In this document: positions 1 through 10,051 of the stretch, piece by piece | How the letters are laid out: every line of letters starts with the position of its first letter | Numbering within the stretch: the first letter of the stretch is position 1 | Source: a cyanobacterium endosymbiont of Braarudosphaera bigelowii | Lineage (GTDB): Bacteria; Cyanobacteriota; Cyanobacteriia; Cyanobacteriales; Microcystaceae | Length of the DNA stretch: 32,000 bases | NCBI RefSeq assembly: GCF_020885515.1 | Contig: NZ_AP024987.1 | Location: 780,001-812,000 of the forward strand | Direction of reading: 5' to 3' | Notes under the pieces: generated by a model | The model's input: the letters and a program-made list of their open reading frames with translations, nothing else | Told to the model about the DNA's origin: nothing | Databases searched by the model: none | Made by a program: the position numbers and the translations under genes

Positions 1-1476
1 GTTGATCAACTTAATCCAAAGTTCAATAAAGCTTTTCAAGATATGGAATCTTTAGAAAGTGGAAAAATTTCTAATCCTGACGAAAAAAGAATGGTTGGAC
101 ATTATTGGTTAAGAGCTCCAGAACTAGCCCCTAATGATGAAGTAAGAAAAGAAATTACTGAACCTTTGATTAGAATTAAACAATTCGTTGAAAAAATTCA
201 TCAAGGTACTATTAAACCGCCGTCAGCAGATAAGTTTACTGATATACTTTGCGTAGGTATCGGAGGCTCAGCGTTAGGACCTCAATTTGTATCAGAGGCG
301 CTATCTCCTGACAAACCATCTATGTTTATTCACTTCATTGATAATACAGATCCAGAGGGAATAGATAAAACCATTTATAAAATTGGTGAACGTCTTAAAA
401 GCACTTTGGTAATTGTTACTACTAAATCTGGGAAGACGCCTGAAACTCGAAATGGGATGTTGGAAGTTGAACGTGCCTATAAAATGAAAGGCCTGAAATT
501 TGAATCCCATGCTGTTGCAGTTACTATGCCAGGTAGTATCATGGATGAGCTAGCAAGTAAATGGCTCGAAAGGTTTCCTATGCAAGATTGGGTAGGGGGA
601 AGAACCTCTGAATTATCTGCTGTTGGTTTATTACCCGCTGCTTTACAAGGAATTGACATTGATGAAATGTTAATTGGAGCTAAAGAAATGGACGAAGCTA
701 CTAGGGTAAAATCTTTAAAAGATAATCCTTCTGCGTTACTAGCTTTAGCTTGGTATTTTTCTGGAAACGGCAAGGGAGAGAAGGATATGGTTGTTCTTCC
801 ATATAAGGATAGTTTACTTCTTTTTAGCCGCTATTTACAACAACTAGTAATGGAATCTCTAGGTAAAGAAAAAGATCTTGACGGAAATATAGTTCATCAG
901 GGTATTGCTGTATATGGCAATAAAGGATCTACAGATCAACATGCATATGTTCAACAACTTAGGGATGGAGTCTCTAATTTTTTTGCTACTTTTATTGAGG
1001 TGCTTAAGGATGGACAGAATCATCCTTTAGAATTAGAACCTGGAGTAACATCAGGTGATTATTTATCTGTTTTTTTACAAGGAACTAGACAAGCATTGTA
1101 TGAAAACAAAAGAGATTCTATTACAATAACCATACCTGAAGTGAAGCCTCGTACGATAGGGGCTTTAATTGCTATGTATGAAAGAACAATTAGCTTTTAT
1201 GCCTCTTTAGTGAATATTAATGCTTACCATCAGCCTGGAGTAGAGGCAGGCAAACAAATGGCTGCTTCAATATTGGATCTACAGACTAAAGTACAAACAG
1301 TAATGAAACAAACAACTGGAAAGATAAATATTGAGACTTTAGCATTACAGACAGGGTATCCTGAAGAAGTGGAGGCAGTCTATAAAATTGTTCGTCATCT
1401 TGCAGCAAATAACCGTAATATTGTCCTAGAAGGAGACTTCTCTAATTTATTAAGTTTAGAGGTTTCAGCAATTTAA
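1..1476 (+). CDS. pgi: Glucose-6-phosphate isomerase, 5'-partial (continues upstream of window)
   Basis: Frame 1 is open from base 1, with no stop before the ATG at 43, so the true start is off-window. PGI hallmarks are present: [52 protein letters not shown]. Confidence 0.95.
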   Translation, partial: VDQLNPKFNKAFQDMESLESGKISNPDEKRMVGHYWLRAPELAPNDEVRKEITEPLIRIKQFVEKIHQGTIKPPSADKFTDILCVGIGGSALGPQFVSEALSPDKPSMFIHFIDNTDPEGIDKTIYKIGERLKSTLVIVTTKSGKTPETRNGMLEVERAYKMKGLKFESHAVAVTMPGSIMDELASKWLERFPMQDWVGGRTSELSAVGLLPAALQGIDIDEMLIGAKEMDEATRVKSLKDNPSALLALAWYFSGNGKGEKDMVVLPYKDSLLLFSRYLQQLVMESLGKEKDLDGNIVHQGIAVYGNKGSTDQHAYVQQLRDGVSNFFATFIEVLKDGQNHPLELEPGVTSGDYLSVFLQGTRQALYENKRDSITITIPEVKPRTIGALIAMYERTISFYASLVNINAYHQPGVEAGKQMAASILDLQTKVQTVMKQTTGKINIETLALQTGYPEEVEAVYKIVRHLAANNRNIVLEGDFSNLLSLEVSAI

Positions 1477-1509
1477 CTATTTGGGTGGGTATAGCCCACC
1501 CAAATAGTT
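1475..1509. terminator. GC-cored hairpin between convergent pgi and lpxC (probable bidirectional intrinsic terminator)
   Basis: Perfect 15-bp inverted repeat AACTATTTGGGTGGG (1475-1489) / CCCACCCAAATAGTT (1495-1509) with a 5-nt loop. It overlaps the pgi stop codon and has A/T-rich flanks on both sides. Confidence 0.6.
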
Positions 1510-1586
1510 AAATTATTTTAGGGACTGTAAATATTTGGTTTAATAAACACATAATTAAACATATCTGAACTTACTTGCTTAATATA

Positions 1587-2408
1587 TTACTGATTAATTT
1601 GAGCTATTTTTTGTGCTAATTGAACATGGAGCTTATGACTAGCTTTATACGCTATAAAATGAGCTCGAGGTATAAATCCTAGTAAACTAAGATCTCCTAC
1701 TAAGTCTAATAATTTATGTCGTACAGGCTCATCACTAAATCTTAGGGGAGGATTTATCCAATCTTGGTGATTGCAAATTAATGCATTTTCAAAGCTTCCT
1801 CCTTTAATTAATCCAGCTTGTCTTAAATTATCAATTTGATCAATAAAACCAAACGTTCTTGCAGGGGCAATAAAATCAATAAAAGGTTCTTCCTTAGGAT
1901 TCCAACTAGCCCATTGATTTCCAATAACCTTATAAATAAAGTTGATTCCGTAAGTAAAACATATCTCTGGTGCAGGAATCGCTGCAACAAAAGCATCTTT
2001 ATCTTGTACCCAAATTGGTTTTAGGATAGGAGCGCCCTCTTGTATACTCGAAAAAGCAAAGCCTGAAGCAGTAAAGGCATCAACCCAATTCTTTGCTGAA
2101 CCATCTAGTAAAGGAACTTCTGTTCCATTAATTTCTATACGAGCATTTTTAATTCCACATCCAGTTAACGCACCTAATAAATGTTCTACTGTCCGAACAG
2201 TAATATTTTTATCGGACAATTCTGTAGACAATATAGTTTGACCAACTTTAGAAACCTGGGCAGGAATCACTGGATTACTAAAAAGATCTACCCTAATAAA
2301 ATGATGTCCTTGATTATAATAATTAGGTATTATTTTTACCTGAGTTTCTTTTCCAGAATGTAGGCCAACACCTGACACTTTAAACTTTACATCCATATCT
2401 ATATTCAT
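1587..2408 (-). CDS. lpxC: UDP-3-O-acyl-N-acetylglucosamine deacetylase
   Basis: 273-aa ORF with LpxC motifs ([34 protein letters not shown]). It lies 25 nt downstream of the Omp85 gene, the usual cyanobacterial omp85-lpxC arrangement. Confidence 0.93.
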   Translation of the reverse strand: MNIDMDVKFKVSGVGLHSGKETQVKIIPNYYNQGHHFIRVDLFSNPVIPAQVSKVGQTILSTELSDKNITVRTVEHLLGALTGCGIKNARIEINGTEVPLLDGSAKNWVDAFTASGFAFSSIQEGAPILKPIWVQDKDAFVAAIPAPEICFTYGINFIYKVIGNQWASWNPKEEPFIDFIAPARTFGFIDQIDNLRQAGLIKGGSFENALICNHQDWINPPLRFSDEPVRHKLLDLVGDLSLLGFIPRAHFIAYKASHKLHVQLAQKIAQINQ

Positions 2409-2433
2409 GATAAATAGTAACTGTCTATATTAA

Positions 2434-4641
2434 TTAAAATCTTTCTCCAATTCCAAAATGAACACGAGAATCACCTTCATTATTAATTCCATAATCCACT
2501 CTAATTGGCCCAACAGGTGATTGTATTCTAAGTCCAATACCGTATCCATAACCGTCACTAGGTAATCCTCTCACCACACCAGGAATTCCACGTACAGACC
2601 TTTGAGATTTTATTGTAGTACCATAATCAAAAAAGATAGAAGCTCCTACTGCAGGAATAATAGGAAGACGATATTCCGCTGTAGCTTGAAAGTAACTACG
2701 CCCATTTCCAACTTCTCCTTCAGCATAACCACGTATTGAATTACTTCCACCTATAACAAAAGCTTCGTAAGGAGGTAAATCTTCGAAAACTGTACCTAAC
2801 TGTATATTAAATGCAAAAGCTTGAGGTTTAGGCTGATTTTCTTCAATAAAACCTAAATCAATTAAATTAACTGGAATATAGTAACTATAATTTCCTCGTA
2901 AACGTGTAAACCCAATGCTACCTGAACCAATCGGTACTGTTTGTTCCATCCCTAAACGAATAACATGCCCACTGGTAGGCCGTAGAGGATTATTTCGAAA
3001 ATCCTGAGCGGCAGCAAAAGTTAATGTATATAAATCGTCACGACCTGAATCGCTAAAGGAAAGAGGTTGTTCTGGATAACCGTTTATAGGAGCAGAGAGA
3101 GGAGCAATATCACCATCAGCATTTTCTATCAATACTCGTTGATAATTCAACCCAGCAGTCAGTCTCCAATCAGGTTTACTAAAAGGATCGGCTCCTAATG
3201 GACGAGCAAAAGAGACTCCTCCTCCTGTACGTATAACTCTGGGACTGTCAAAACCATTCATGGTTCTGATCGAACTATCATCTCCATCAAATACAAGAGA
3301 AATGGTACGACGGCGAAATCCATTCACAGTATAAGCTGTACGATAGGGATCTCCTGCAATCCAAGGATCTGTAAAGTTAACATCGAGCAGTAATTCTCTC
3401 TCACCAACTTGTATTTCACCACCAATAGTTTGTCCATTGCCTCCCAAATTTTGTTCTTGATAACTTATTGTCCCAAATAATCCACTACTAGAACTAATAC
3501 CAGTTCCGGCAGCAAGTGATCCGGTATTTCCTTCCACCAGATCAACATTTACGATAACTTCCCTTAAGTCTTCTCCTGGACTAAAAGAAATCCTTACATC
3601 TTCAAATAAACCTAAACCAAATATACGTTGTAGATCAAATTGAGCTGTTTTTCGATTAAACACACTACCTGGTTTTAGCTGCATCTCTCGAGTAACTATG
3701 AAATCACGAGTTCCACCATTTACGGGTTCATCTTCAGCATTAAAAAAACGAACTTTTATATTTTCTATGACTCCTTCAGCAATAATTAAAGTAATGATGC
3801 CATCGTCACTTACTGCAGGAGAACCTATTACTTGAGCAAGATCAAAGCCTTGTTCAGCATACCACTCATTAATTTTCTTAATACCTTTTTGAAGATCTCT
3901 AAGATTAAGAGTTTTATTATATTGTTGGCCAAAAATTTTCTGAACCGTTTCAGGAAGCAATGCTCTTTGATCTTTGATATCAGGAACTGTATTAACAACT
4001 ACTTGCTTTAGAATTGGATTAACTTTGACAGCATAGGTAATTTGTACTCCTAGAGGAGTGTCAGTAGGAGTAACTTGAACATTTGCAAAGTAGCCAGTTG
4101 CATAAATAGCGTTAACATCTTGTTGTAACTCAGAACGTGTAGTCGTGCGTCCTGGTTTTGTTTGAAGGATATTATATATTAAGTTTTCTAATTCTTCGTC
4201 TGCTCCTTTGACTATTACCTCTGCTACTAAAATTCTTGGCTCTTCTTCTAACGTTTCTTGTTTTTTTATTTCACTTATTTTTGTTTCTTGTAAAGTAAAA
4301 GTTTCTGATAAGTTTATATCTTTAAATGTATTAGATGAAGATTCTTCTAATTGAGCAGTATAAAAAGTTTTCTGTAATTCTGAAATCGATTTTGTAATGA
4401 TTGTATTTTTTACAGCTGATACTTTGAAAGAAGAATTAGTTAAATTCGATAAATTATCAGAATACTTTCTTAGGTTTAAATGACCAGAAAACTCTTGTTG
4501 AATTTCTTGGTCATTTAAGTTCTCTATAAATAACATATCCTGTCCTTTAACAGGTCTACTTATTGACCATACTGTTGTTGTGAGAATAATTCCTAATAAT
4601 GGAGAAAAATGTAACTTTTTGATCTGGTTTACCACTTCCAC
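2434..4641 (-). CDS. bamA: Omp85/BamA-family outer-membrane protein assembly factor (POTRA repeats plus C-terminal beta-barrel)
   Basis: 735-aa ORF with a GTG start and an N-terminal signal-like hydrophobic segment. POTRA-like repeats are present (ILVAEVIVKG..., IENIKVRF...). The barrel is glycine/aromatic-rich and ends in ...RVHFGIGERF (terminal Phe). Confidence 0.9.
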   Translation of the reverse strand: MEVVNQIKKLHFSPLLGIILTTTVWSISRPVKGQDMLFIENLNDQEIQQEFSGHLNLRKYSDNLSNLTNSSFKVSAVKNTIITKSISELQKTFYTAQLEESSSNTFKDINLSETFTLQETKISEIKKQETLEEEPRILVAEVIVKGADEELENLIYNILQTKPGRTTTRSELQQDVNAIYATGYFANVQVTPTDTPLGVQITYAVKVNPILKQVVVNTVPDIKDQRALLPETVQKIFGQQYNKTLNLRDLQKGIKKINEWYAEQGFDLAQVIGSPAVSDDGIITLIIAEGVIENIKVRFFNAEDEPVNGGTRDFIVTREMQLKPGSVFNRKTAQFDLQRIFGLGLFEDVRISFSPGEDLREVIVNVDLVEGNTGSLAAGTGISSSSGLFGTISYQEQNLGGNGQTIGGEIQVGERELLLDVNFTDPWIAGDPYRTAYTVNGFRRRTISLVFDGDDSSIRTMNGFDSPRVIRTGGGVSFARPLGADPFSKPDWRLTAGLNYQRVLIENADGDIAPLSAPINGYPEQPLSFSDSGRDDLYTLTFAAAQDFRNNPLRPTSGHVIRLGMEQTVPIGSGSIGFTRLRGNYSYYIPVNLIDLGFIEENQPKPQAFAFNIQLGTVFEDLPPYEAFVIGGSNSIRGYAEGEVGNGRSYFQATAEYRLPIIPAVGASIFFDYGTTIKSQRSVRGIPGVVRGLPSDGYGYGIGLRIQSPVGPIRVDYGINNEGDSRVHFGIGERF

Positions 4642-5147
4642 ACACTCAATAAAGCTATAGCGTTTTTACTGTTATTTGTTGCTTATTGTCAACCTCAGTG
4701 ATAGCTAACAGCTCTAATAGCCGGGCCATACCACCTAAAGGTGTCTAAAACTCTGACTATCACAATAATAGAATGTTCCAAAAAAACTTGTTTTTTGAAA
4801 AAGAATTATTATAAAAAACACTATAGTATTTATGTATAAACAATTTCAGCTCAATTGTAAAATCCATAAAAAACAATTTTCTATATCATTTTATTACTTT
4901 TTCTTTCTAAAATTCTTATTTTAAGAGAATTTAAAGACTATTACGTTAGTATCATTAATTTATTTAAAAAATTGTTTGTTTTTATGAACTTAGAATAAAA
5001 AATATTAAAGTAATATACCTTACTATACAAATAAAATCTAAACTTTAAAATTTAATTGATATTTATGCAATTAATATGCATATAAAAAATAATTTAATTT
5101 TTAAATAAAAAGTATATATTAGCTTTATAAATAATTTTTTAAAATAT

Positions 5148-5945
5148 TTATAGTAGTGAAGCCGAGTATTTATCTAATAATAAAACTGCGTTAGGATGCT
5201 CCCTTAAAAAAGAAGAAGGACATTTTGAAGAAATGTTTTCTCGTAACATCACTTTGACAATTTTTGCCTTATTTTCTCCAAGTGCTAAGCAAAGAATCTT
5301 TTTTGCCGATAGAATCATTGGGATAGTAACAGTTAAAGCATATTTTGGTACTTTATCAATGGATTCAAAATGTTTTTGATATACCTGAGATGAGCGAGTC
5401 TTTATATTTAGTTCAACAATTTTTACTAAGTCAAAATCATTAAAATTTTCTATCTGTGGCTCATTAAAGGCTAAATGTCCATTAGCTCCAATTCCTAAAA
5501 AACAAATATCAATTTGTCGTTTTTTTAGTAATTTAGAATAGCGATTACATTCTTGCAAGGGTTCTAATGAATCTCCAAATAAGTATTGGAATGATTTAGC
5601 TTTAATATGTTTTTCTACTTTTTCGTGAAGATAAGTACGAAAACTCGCAGGATGTTTTTTATCAATATCTAAGTATTCGTCTAAATGGAGAAAATTAATA
5701 CGTGACCAATCAATTTCTTTTATATTTGTTAAAATTTCAAGAAATTTAATTTGAGAATCACCTGTAGCTAATAAAATTGTAACTTCATTTCGCTTATGCA
5801 AAATTTCTGTAAGATAATTTTGTGTAATTTTAGCTGCTTCAGCTGATACGGCATACTTGTCTTCATGTATTTGAACAGTTAAAGAATTCATTGCTAATAT
5901 TTGATTAGTTTTCATAGAATATTTAATGTAACTAAAAAAAGACAT
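5148..5945 (-). CDS. Glucosamine-6-phosphate deaminase / 6-phosphogluconolactonase family protein (NagB-like)
   Basis: Motifs LATGDSQ, INFLHLDEY and FLGIGANGHLAFNEP match the NagB/Pgl sugar-phosphate isomerase fold. The true start may be the internal Met at 5891 (MNSLTVQIH...). Confidence 0.8.
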   Translation of the reverse strand: MSFFSYIKYSMKTNQILAMNSLTVQIHEDKYAVSAEAAKITQNYLTEILHKRNEVTILLATGDSQIKFLEILTNIKEIDWSRINFLHLDEYLDIDKKHPASFRTYLHEKVEKHIKAKSFQYLFGDSLEPLQECNRYSKLLKKRQIDICFLGIGANGHLAFNEPQIENFNDFDLVKIVELNIKTRSSQVYQKHFESIDKVPKYALTVTIPMILSAKKILCLALGENKAKIVKVMLRENISSKCPSSFLREHPNAVLLLDKYSASLL

Positions 5946-6027
5946 TGGAACCTTTCTTAAATTTTTATTTAATTTAATAAGATTGAAAATTAGTTGAAAA
6001 CATTTTTTTGTTAAGATTATTTAAATA

Positions 6028-7281
6028 TTAATTTTCAAGATAATACAAGTCTTTCCTTTTCCCCATAGCAAAACCTAAAGATGTTTTTATTGTGCGATTT
6101 GATTGACTAATAAACAAAATAAATGCAACTAAAGCTAAATTACTACTGAGAGTAAAAATAGTTTGATAAGAAAGTTGACTTCCTAAAATACCTATTATTG
6201 GTCCTGCAAGGGCTATTCCAAGATCATAGCCACCTAGACAAACAGAATAAACTTGACCTCTTTCTTGAGGAGATGAGCGATCAGAAACTAAAGCAATAAT
6301 CATAGGCATAAGAATTCCTGCTCCTATCCCTTCAAAAATAGCAGCTAAGAACAATTGCTGACTTCCTGTCGCCTGAGTTAACAAAATCATTGAGCTGAAA
6401 TAAGAAAGAATACTAGCCGTAATAAATAGCCCACGGCCAAATCTATCAGCTACCCTACCTAAAAAAATTCGTGATAAAAAGCTTGTAATAGAAGCCAATG
6501 TATAAAATAAACCTGCACTAAAATCTAAACCTTTTTCTTCTAAAAAGAGAGGTAAAAAAGTTATTATGGTACCAAACAATAATCCAATCAATAATAAAAC
6601 TAATGTTGGAATAATTAAAGAATGACTAGATAATATTTTATGAAAGCTATGAGATAAATTACTATTGTCAGTATCAGAGGAGTCATAATAATTAAGCTTA
6701 GATTCTTTTCTCATTGCTGCAACCAAGAGTAACCCTAAGAGACCACAGCTTCCAGAAACAGTAAATAAAGTAATATATCCAAAATGCTCTTTTAATAAGT
6801 CTCCAAATACAGGACCAATACTCATACCTATGGGTGTTACTAAACTCATATAACCAATTATTCGTCCCCTATGTTTTATAGGTGAAAAATCTATTACTAA
6901 AGCACTATAAGCTGTAGTAAAGGCAGCAATACTGATACCATGAATTGCACGAACAATAGCTAAAGGAAAAATTGTTTGAACAATAAGATAATTTAATGGA
7001 GACAGAGTTGCAATAATAAGTCCTATATAGAGAACTAATTTCCTACTTTTAGTATCAGCTAGATAACCTAATAGTGTGCGAGAAAATAATGATCCCACAG
7101 CAAAACTACCCATAATCAAACCAATTTCAGGTTTTGTTCCACCAAGATGTTCTACATATGTTGGTAAAGTAGGTAATAAAACTGTAATGCTAATCCAAAA
7201 AAATAAGCTTACTCCTAATAAAAGTCCTAAATTTTGTTTTTGCCGAAAGCCGAGATCAGTATAATCCATTAAGATGTCCAC
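6028..7281 (-). CDS. MFS transporter (12-TM, MFS_1 type)
   Basis: 417 aa, hydrophobic throughout. Both MFS loop signatures are present (GYLADTKSRK after TM2, GRVADRFGRG after TM8). It lies 82 nt upstream of the NagB-like gene on the same strand. Confidence 0.85.
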   Translation of the reverse strand: MDILMDYTDLGFRQKQNLGLLLGVSLFFWISITVLLPTLPTYVEHLGGTKPEIGLIMGSFAVGSLFSRTLLGYLADTKSRKLVLYIGLIIATLSPLNYLIVQTIFPLAIVRAIHGISIAAFTTAYSALVIDFSPIKHRGRIIGYMSLVTPIGMSIGPVFGDLLKEHFGYITLFTVSGSCGLLGLLLVAAMRKESKLNYYDSSDTDNSNLSHSFHKILSSHSLIIPTLVLLLIGLLFGTIITFLPLFLEEKGLDFSAGLFYTLASITSFLSRIFLGRVADRFGRGLFITASILSYFSSMILLTQATGSQQLFLAAIFEGIGAGILMPMIIALVSDRSSPQERGQVYSVCLGGYDLGIALAGPIIGILGSQLSYQTIFTLSSNLALVAFILFISQSNRTIKTSLGFAMGKRKDLYYLEN

Positions 7282-8078
7282 AGAGAATATTTAACTAATA
7301 ATAATATTGTTTTTAACTAAAAAGCTATTTAGTTAAATTAAATAAAATCTGTAAACACAATAATTATAAATCGAAGTTTTTAAAAATTAGTGTTAAATTA
7401 AGAATGTATATAAAAATTGTGAACTTTTAATATTAGATTTAATATTAAAATCTTAAAGCTAATTTGATATTTTTAGTTATGAAACTTATATTGTATTTAG
7501 TCTTTAATTTATTGAATAAATGTTTTTTTGTTTTCTATATACTAGCAAAAGAGCTAATATATATTAATAATTTTTATTGATATATATTAATTAATTTATG
7601 GTGGCTAATATGTTGAATATACATATAAGAGTAATTTTTTTAATATAGAATATTAAATTTCTATTAGAATTTTATATTCTATATGTTATAAAGTATATAA
7701 CCTCTATTTTATAACACTTAAATATTACATATGTAAGATAAAAATATAAAATATGAGAAGTTTTTTAATTAGATACTAAATTCAAAAAAAGTTATTTCAA
7801 ACGACGTTGATCGATTATAAGAATAGTTCTAAGAAAATTTTAGAACTTAATTATCTAGTATAAAATATTATGGGAATAAAGTTTTAGCATTCATAGCGTT
7901 TTTAAGATAACTTATCAAGAAACTGTAAATTCAAAATTCAACAAGATAGATATTGTTATCAATACTTTAGGACCTAAACAAAACTAACATATTAATTAGT
8001 TATTAGACTGTAAAACTCGAGCCTAGAAAGCAAGTCCCATACATTATTTTTTAAAATAAATATTTAAATTTAGATATT

Positions 8079-8702
8079 ATGGCTAAACTATCAACTGAAT
8101 TAGAACAATACTTTTTACAAGAGAAATTATTAAATGATATTAAACTGCTTGATATTCTAAAATTGGCCGGGAAAAGAGTTTTCGGCTTTTTATTTGTGAT
8201 TTTATCTCTTCCTTCTGCTTTACCCATTCCAGCACCTGGCTATTCAATTCCTTTTGGAATATTAATACTTATTTTGGCTTTTCAATTTACTTTAGGAAAT
8301 AGAATTCCCTGGTTTCCTAAAAAACTATTAAATAGCTCCATAAAATTAGAAACTGCAAGAACTTTCATCAAAAAAAGCCAACCATGGTTGAAGCGTATCG
8401 AGTTATTAACTCATCCTCGTATGACTTATATTTGCACTAGTACAGTCGCACGTATCTTTATTGGCTTAATAATTATGCTGATGTCAATTTCTATGATGAT
8501 TCCTATTCCTGGAACAAATACATTACCTGCAATAGGTATTTTTACGATAGGTTTTGGACTGCAAGAAAATGATGGATGTATCACCTTACTTGGACTAGTA
8601 ATTTCTTCAATAGCTAGTGTCTTATCTGCATCGATTCTTATGGTTGCTGTTTGGAGTGGAAGTACACTCATTGAAGTAATTAGAAACTACCTTGTAATTT
8701 AA
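8079..8702 (+). CDS. exoD: ExoD-family exopolysaccharide synthesis membrane protein
   Basis: 207 aa with about 4 TM segments. The N-terminal segment LSLPSALPIPAPGYSIPFG...IPWFPKKLL matches the ExoD family pattern (ALP-P-PG-S...G...WLP). Confidence 0.75.
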   Translation: MAKLSTELEQYFLQEKLLNDIKLLDILKLAGKRVFGFLFVILSLPSALPIPAPGYSIPFGILILILAFQFTLGNRIPWFPKKLLNSSIKLETARTFIKKSQPWLKRIELLTHPRMTYICTSTVARIFIGLIIMLMSISMMIPIPGTNTLPAIGIFTIGFGLQENDGCITLLGLVISSIASVLSASILMVAVWSGSTLIEVIRNYLVI

Positions 8703-8878
8703 AACTTGTTTAGAACTTATTAGTAAAATGAATCTAATATTTTTTGGCAAATTATGTCAAAAGCATACTTGATAATTAATTACTTTCATAGAATAACTTG
8801 TTTTATTTATCTTCAAATCAAAATCATTAATATAATAACAATAATTTACGATTACTACTAATTAAATAACAAATAGAA

Positions 8879-9922
8879 ATGGCAAAGATATTAATAGGCT
8901 TATTATTTGGTGGATCTTCAGAAGAACATACGGTTTCTATTAATTCAGCTGCGGCTATTCTTCAAGCATTACAGGCAGGTGATAATTCTTATAAGTACGA
9001 TGTCATACCTATTTATATTCAGAAAAACGGTATTTGGATAGCTGGAAAGATAGCTGAACAAGTTCTAGAAACAAAAAAACCTTTACCGACATTATCTCTG
9101 AAAAAGGAAGATAAATTTCAACTATGGCAATTTCCAACCGAAGTAAGCCAAATAGATGTTTGGTTCCCAGTTTTACATGGACCAAATGGAGAAGATGGAA
9201 CTATTCAAGGCTTACTAAAACTAATGCAAGTTCCTTTTGTTGGAGCTAATGTTTTAGGATCAGCAGTAAGCATGGACAAAATTATAATGAAAACGATATT
9301 TTCACAAATGGAATTACCTCAAGTTAAATATTTAACTTTTGAATATTCTAATACCAAATATTGTTCTCAATTATCTGATGATATTAGAACCAACTTTGGA
9401 TATCCATGTTTTGTTAAACCAGCTAATTTAGGTTCTTCCGTTGGAGTTTCAAAAGTTTACTCTCATAATGAATTAGATATTGCTCTAAAAAATGCAGCTA
9501 GTTATGATAATCGAATTATTATTGAAGAAGGAATTGTAGCTAGGGAATTAGAGTGTGGAGTTTTAGGAAATGATATTCCTAAAGTATCTGTTATAGGAGA
9601 AATTACATTTGAAAATGATTTTTATGATTATGAAGCTAAGTATAAAGACAGTAGTTCTAAGATACATATCCCTGCTAAATTACCAGATCACATAATAGAA
9701 AAAATTCAACAAATCGCTATTCGGGCATTTACTGGAATTAACTGTAAAGGGTTGGCTAGAGTAGATTTTTTCTATGTTGAGGAAACTCAAGAAATTTTTA
9801 TTAACGAAATCAATAGCTTTCCCGGTTTTACAGAATTTAGTATGTATCCAAAGTTATGGATGCAAACAGGATTAAGCTTTAATGAATTAGTAGATAAGCT
9901 AATTGAATTAGCTCTAAAATAA
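8879..9922 (+). CDS. ddl: D-alanine--D-alanine ligase
   Basis: 347 aa. It shows LLFGGSSEEHTVS at the N-terminus, HGPNGEDGTIQG, an ATP-grasp core (FVKPANLGSSVG) and a C-terminal NEINSFPGFT. Confidence 0.95.
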   Translation: MAKILIGLLFGGSSEEHTVSINSAAAILQALQAGDNSYKYDVIPIYIQKNGIWIAGKIAEQVLETKKPLPTLSLKKEDKFQLWQFPTEVSQIDVWFPVLHGPNGEDGTIQGLLKLMQVPFVGANVLGSAVSMDKIIMKTIFSQMELPQVKYLTFEYSNTKYCSQLSDDIRTNFGYPCFVKPANLGSSVGVSKVYSHNELDIALKNAASYDNRIIIEEGIVARELECGVLGNDIPKVSVIGEITFENDFYDYEAKYKDSSSKIHIPAKLPDHIIEKIQQIAIRAFTGINCKGLARVDFFYVEETQEIFINEINSFPGFTEFSMYPKLWMQTGLSFNELVDKLIELALK

Positions 9923-9976
9923 ATGAATCAAAAATGAGTATTCATATAGAAGGATAAGAAGTGTCCAATAGTTATT

Positions 9977-10003
9977 TTCCTCTAATAAGAGGAATATTTT
10001 TTT
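9977..10003 (+). terminator. Intrinsic terminator downstream of ddl
   Basis: TTCCTCT (9977-9983) / AGAGGAA (9988-9994) stem with an AATA loop, followed by TA plus a 7-T run (9997-10003). The U-tail exists only on the + strand. Confidence 0.55.
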
Positions 10004-10051
10004 AATTAATAAACAAATTTGTTTTCCATAAAAACTAAATTATGTCATCTT

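Noticed and set aside
301-773. Track ORFs 301..510 and 477..773 on the minus strand inside pgi.
   Set aside because: They lie antisense to a strongly supported gene and have low-complexity products with no motifs. These are typical shadow ORFs. The same reasoning applies to 1836..2024, 2181..2363, 7076..7264, 8426..8671, 10953..11153, 12120..12380, 18292..18477, 23087..23275, 31119..31310 and 31204..31386.
7282-8078. Possibility of a CRISPR array, tandem repeat or MITE in the long AT-rich spacers (also 4642-5147 and 17089-17819).
   Set aside because: I found no regularly spaced direct repeats, no repeat unit recurring between spacers and no terminal inverted repeats with target duplications. 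Only short A/T palindromes are present, which are expected at some rate in such composition.
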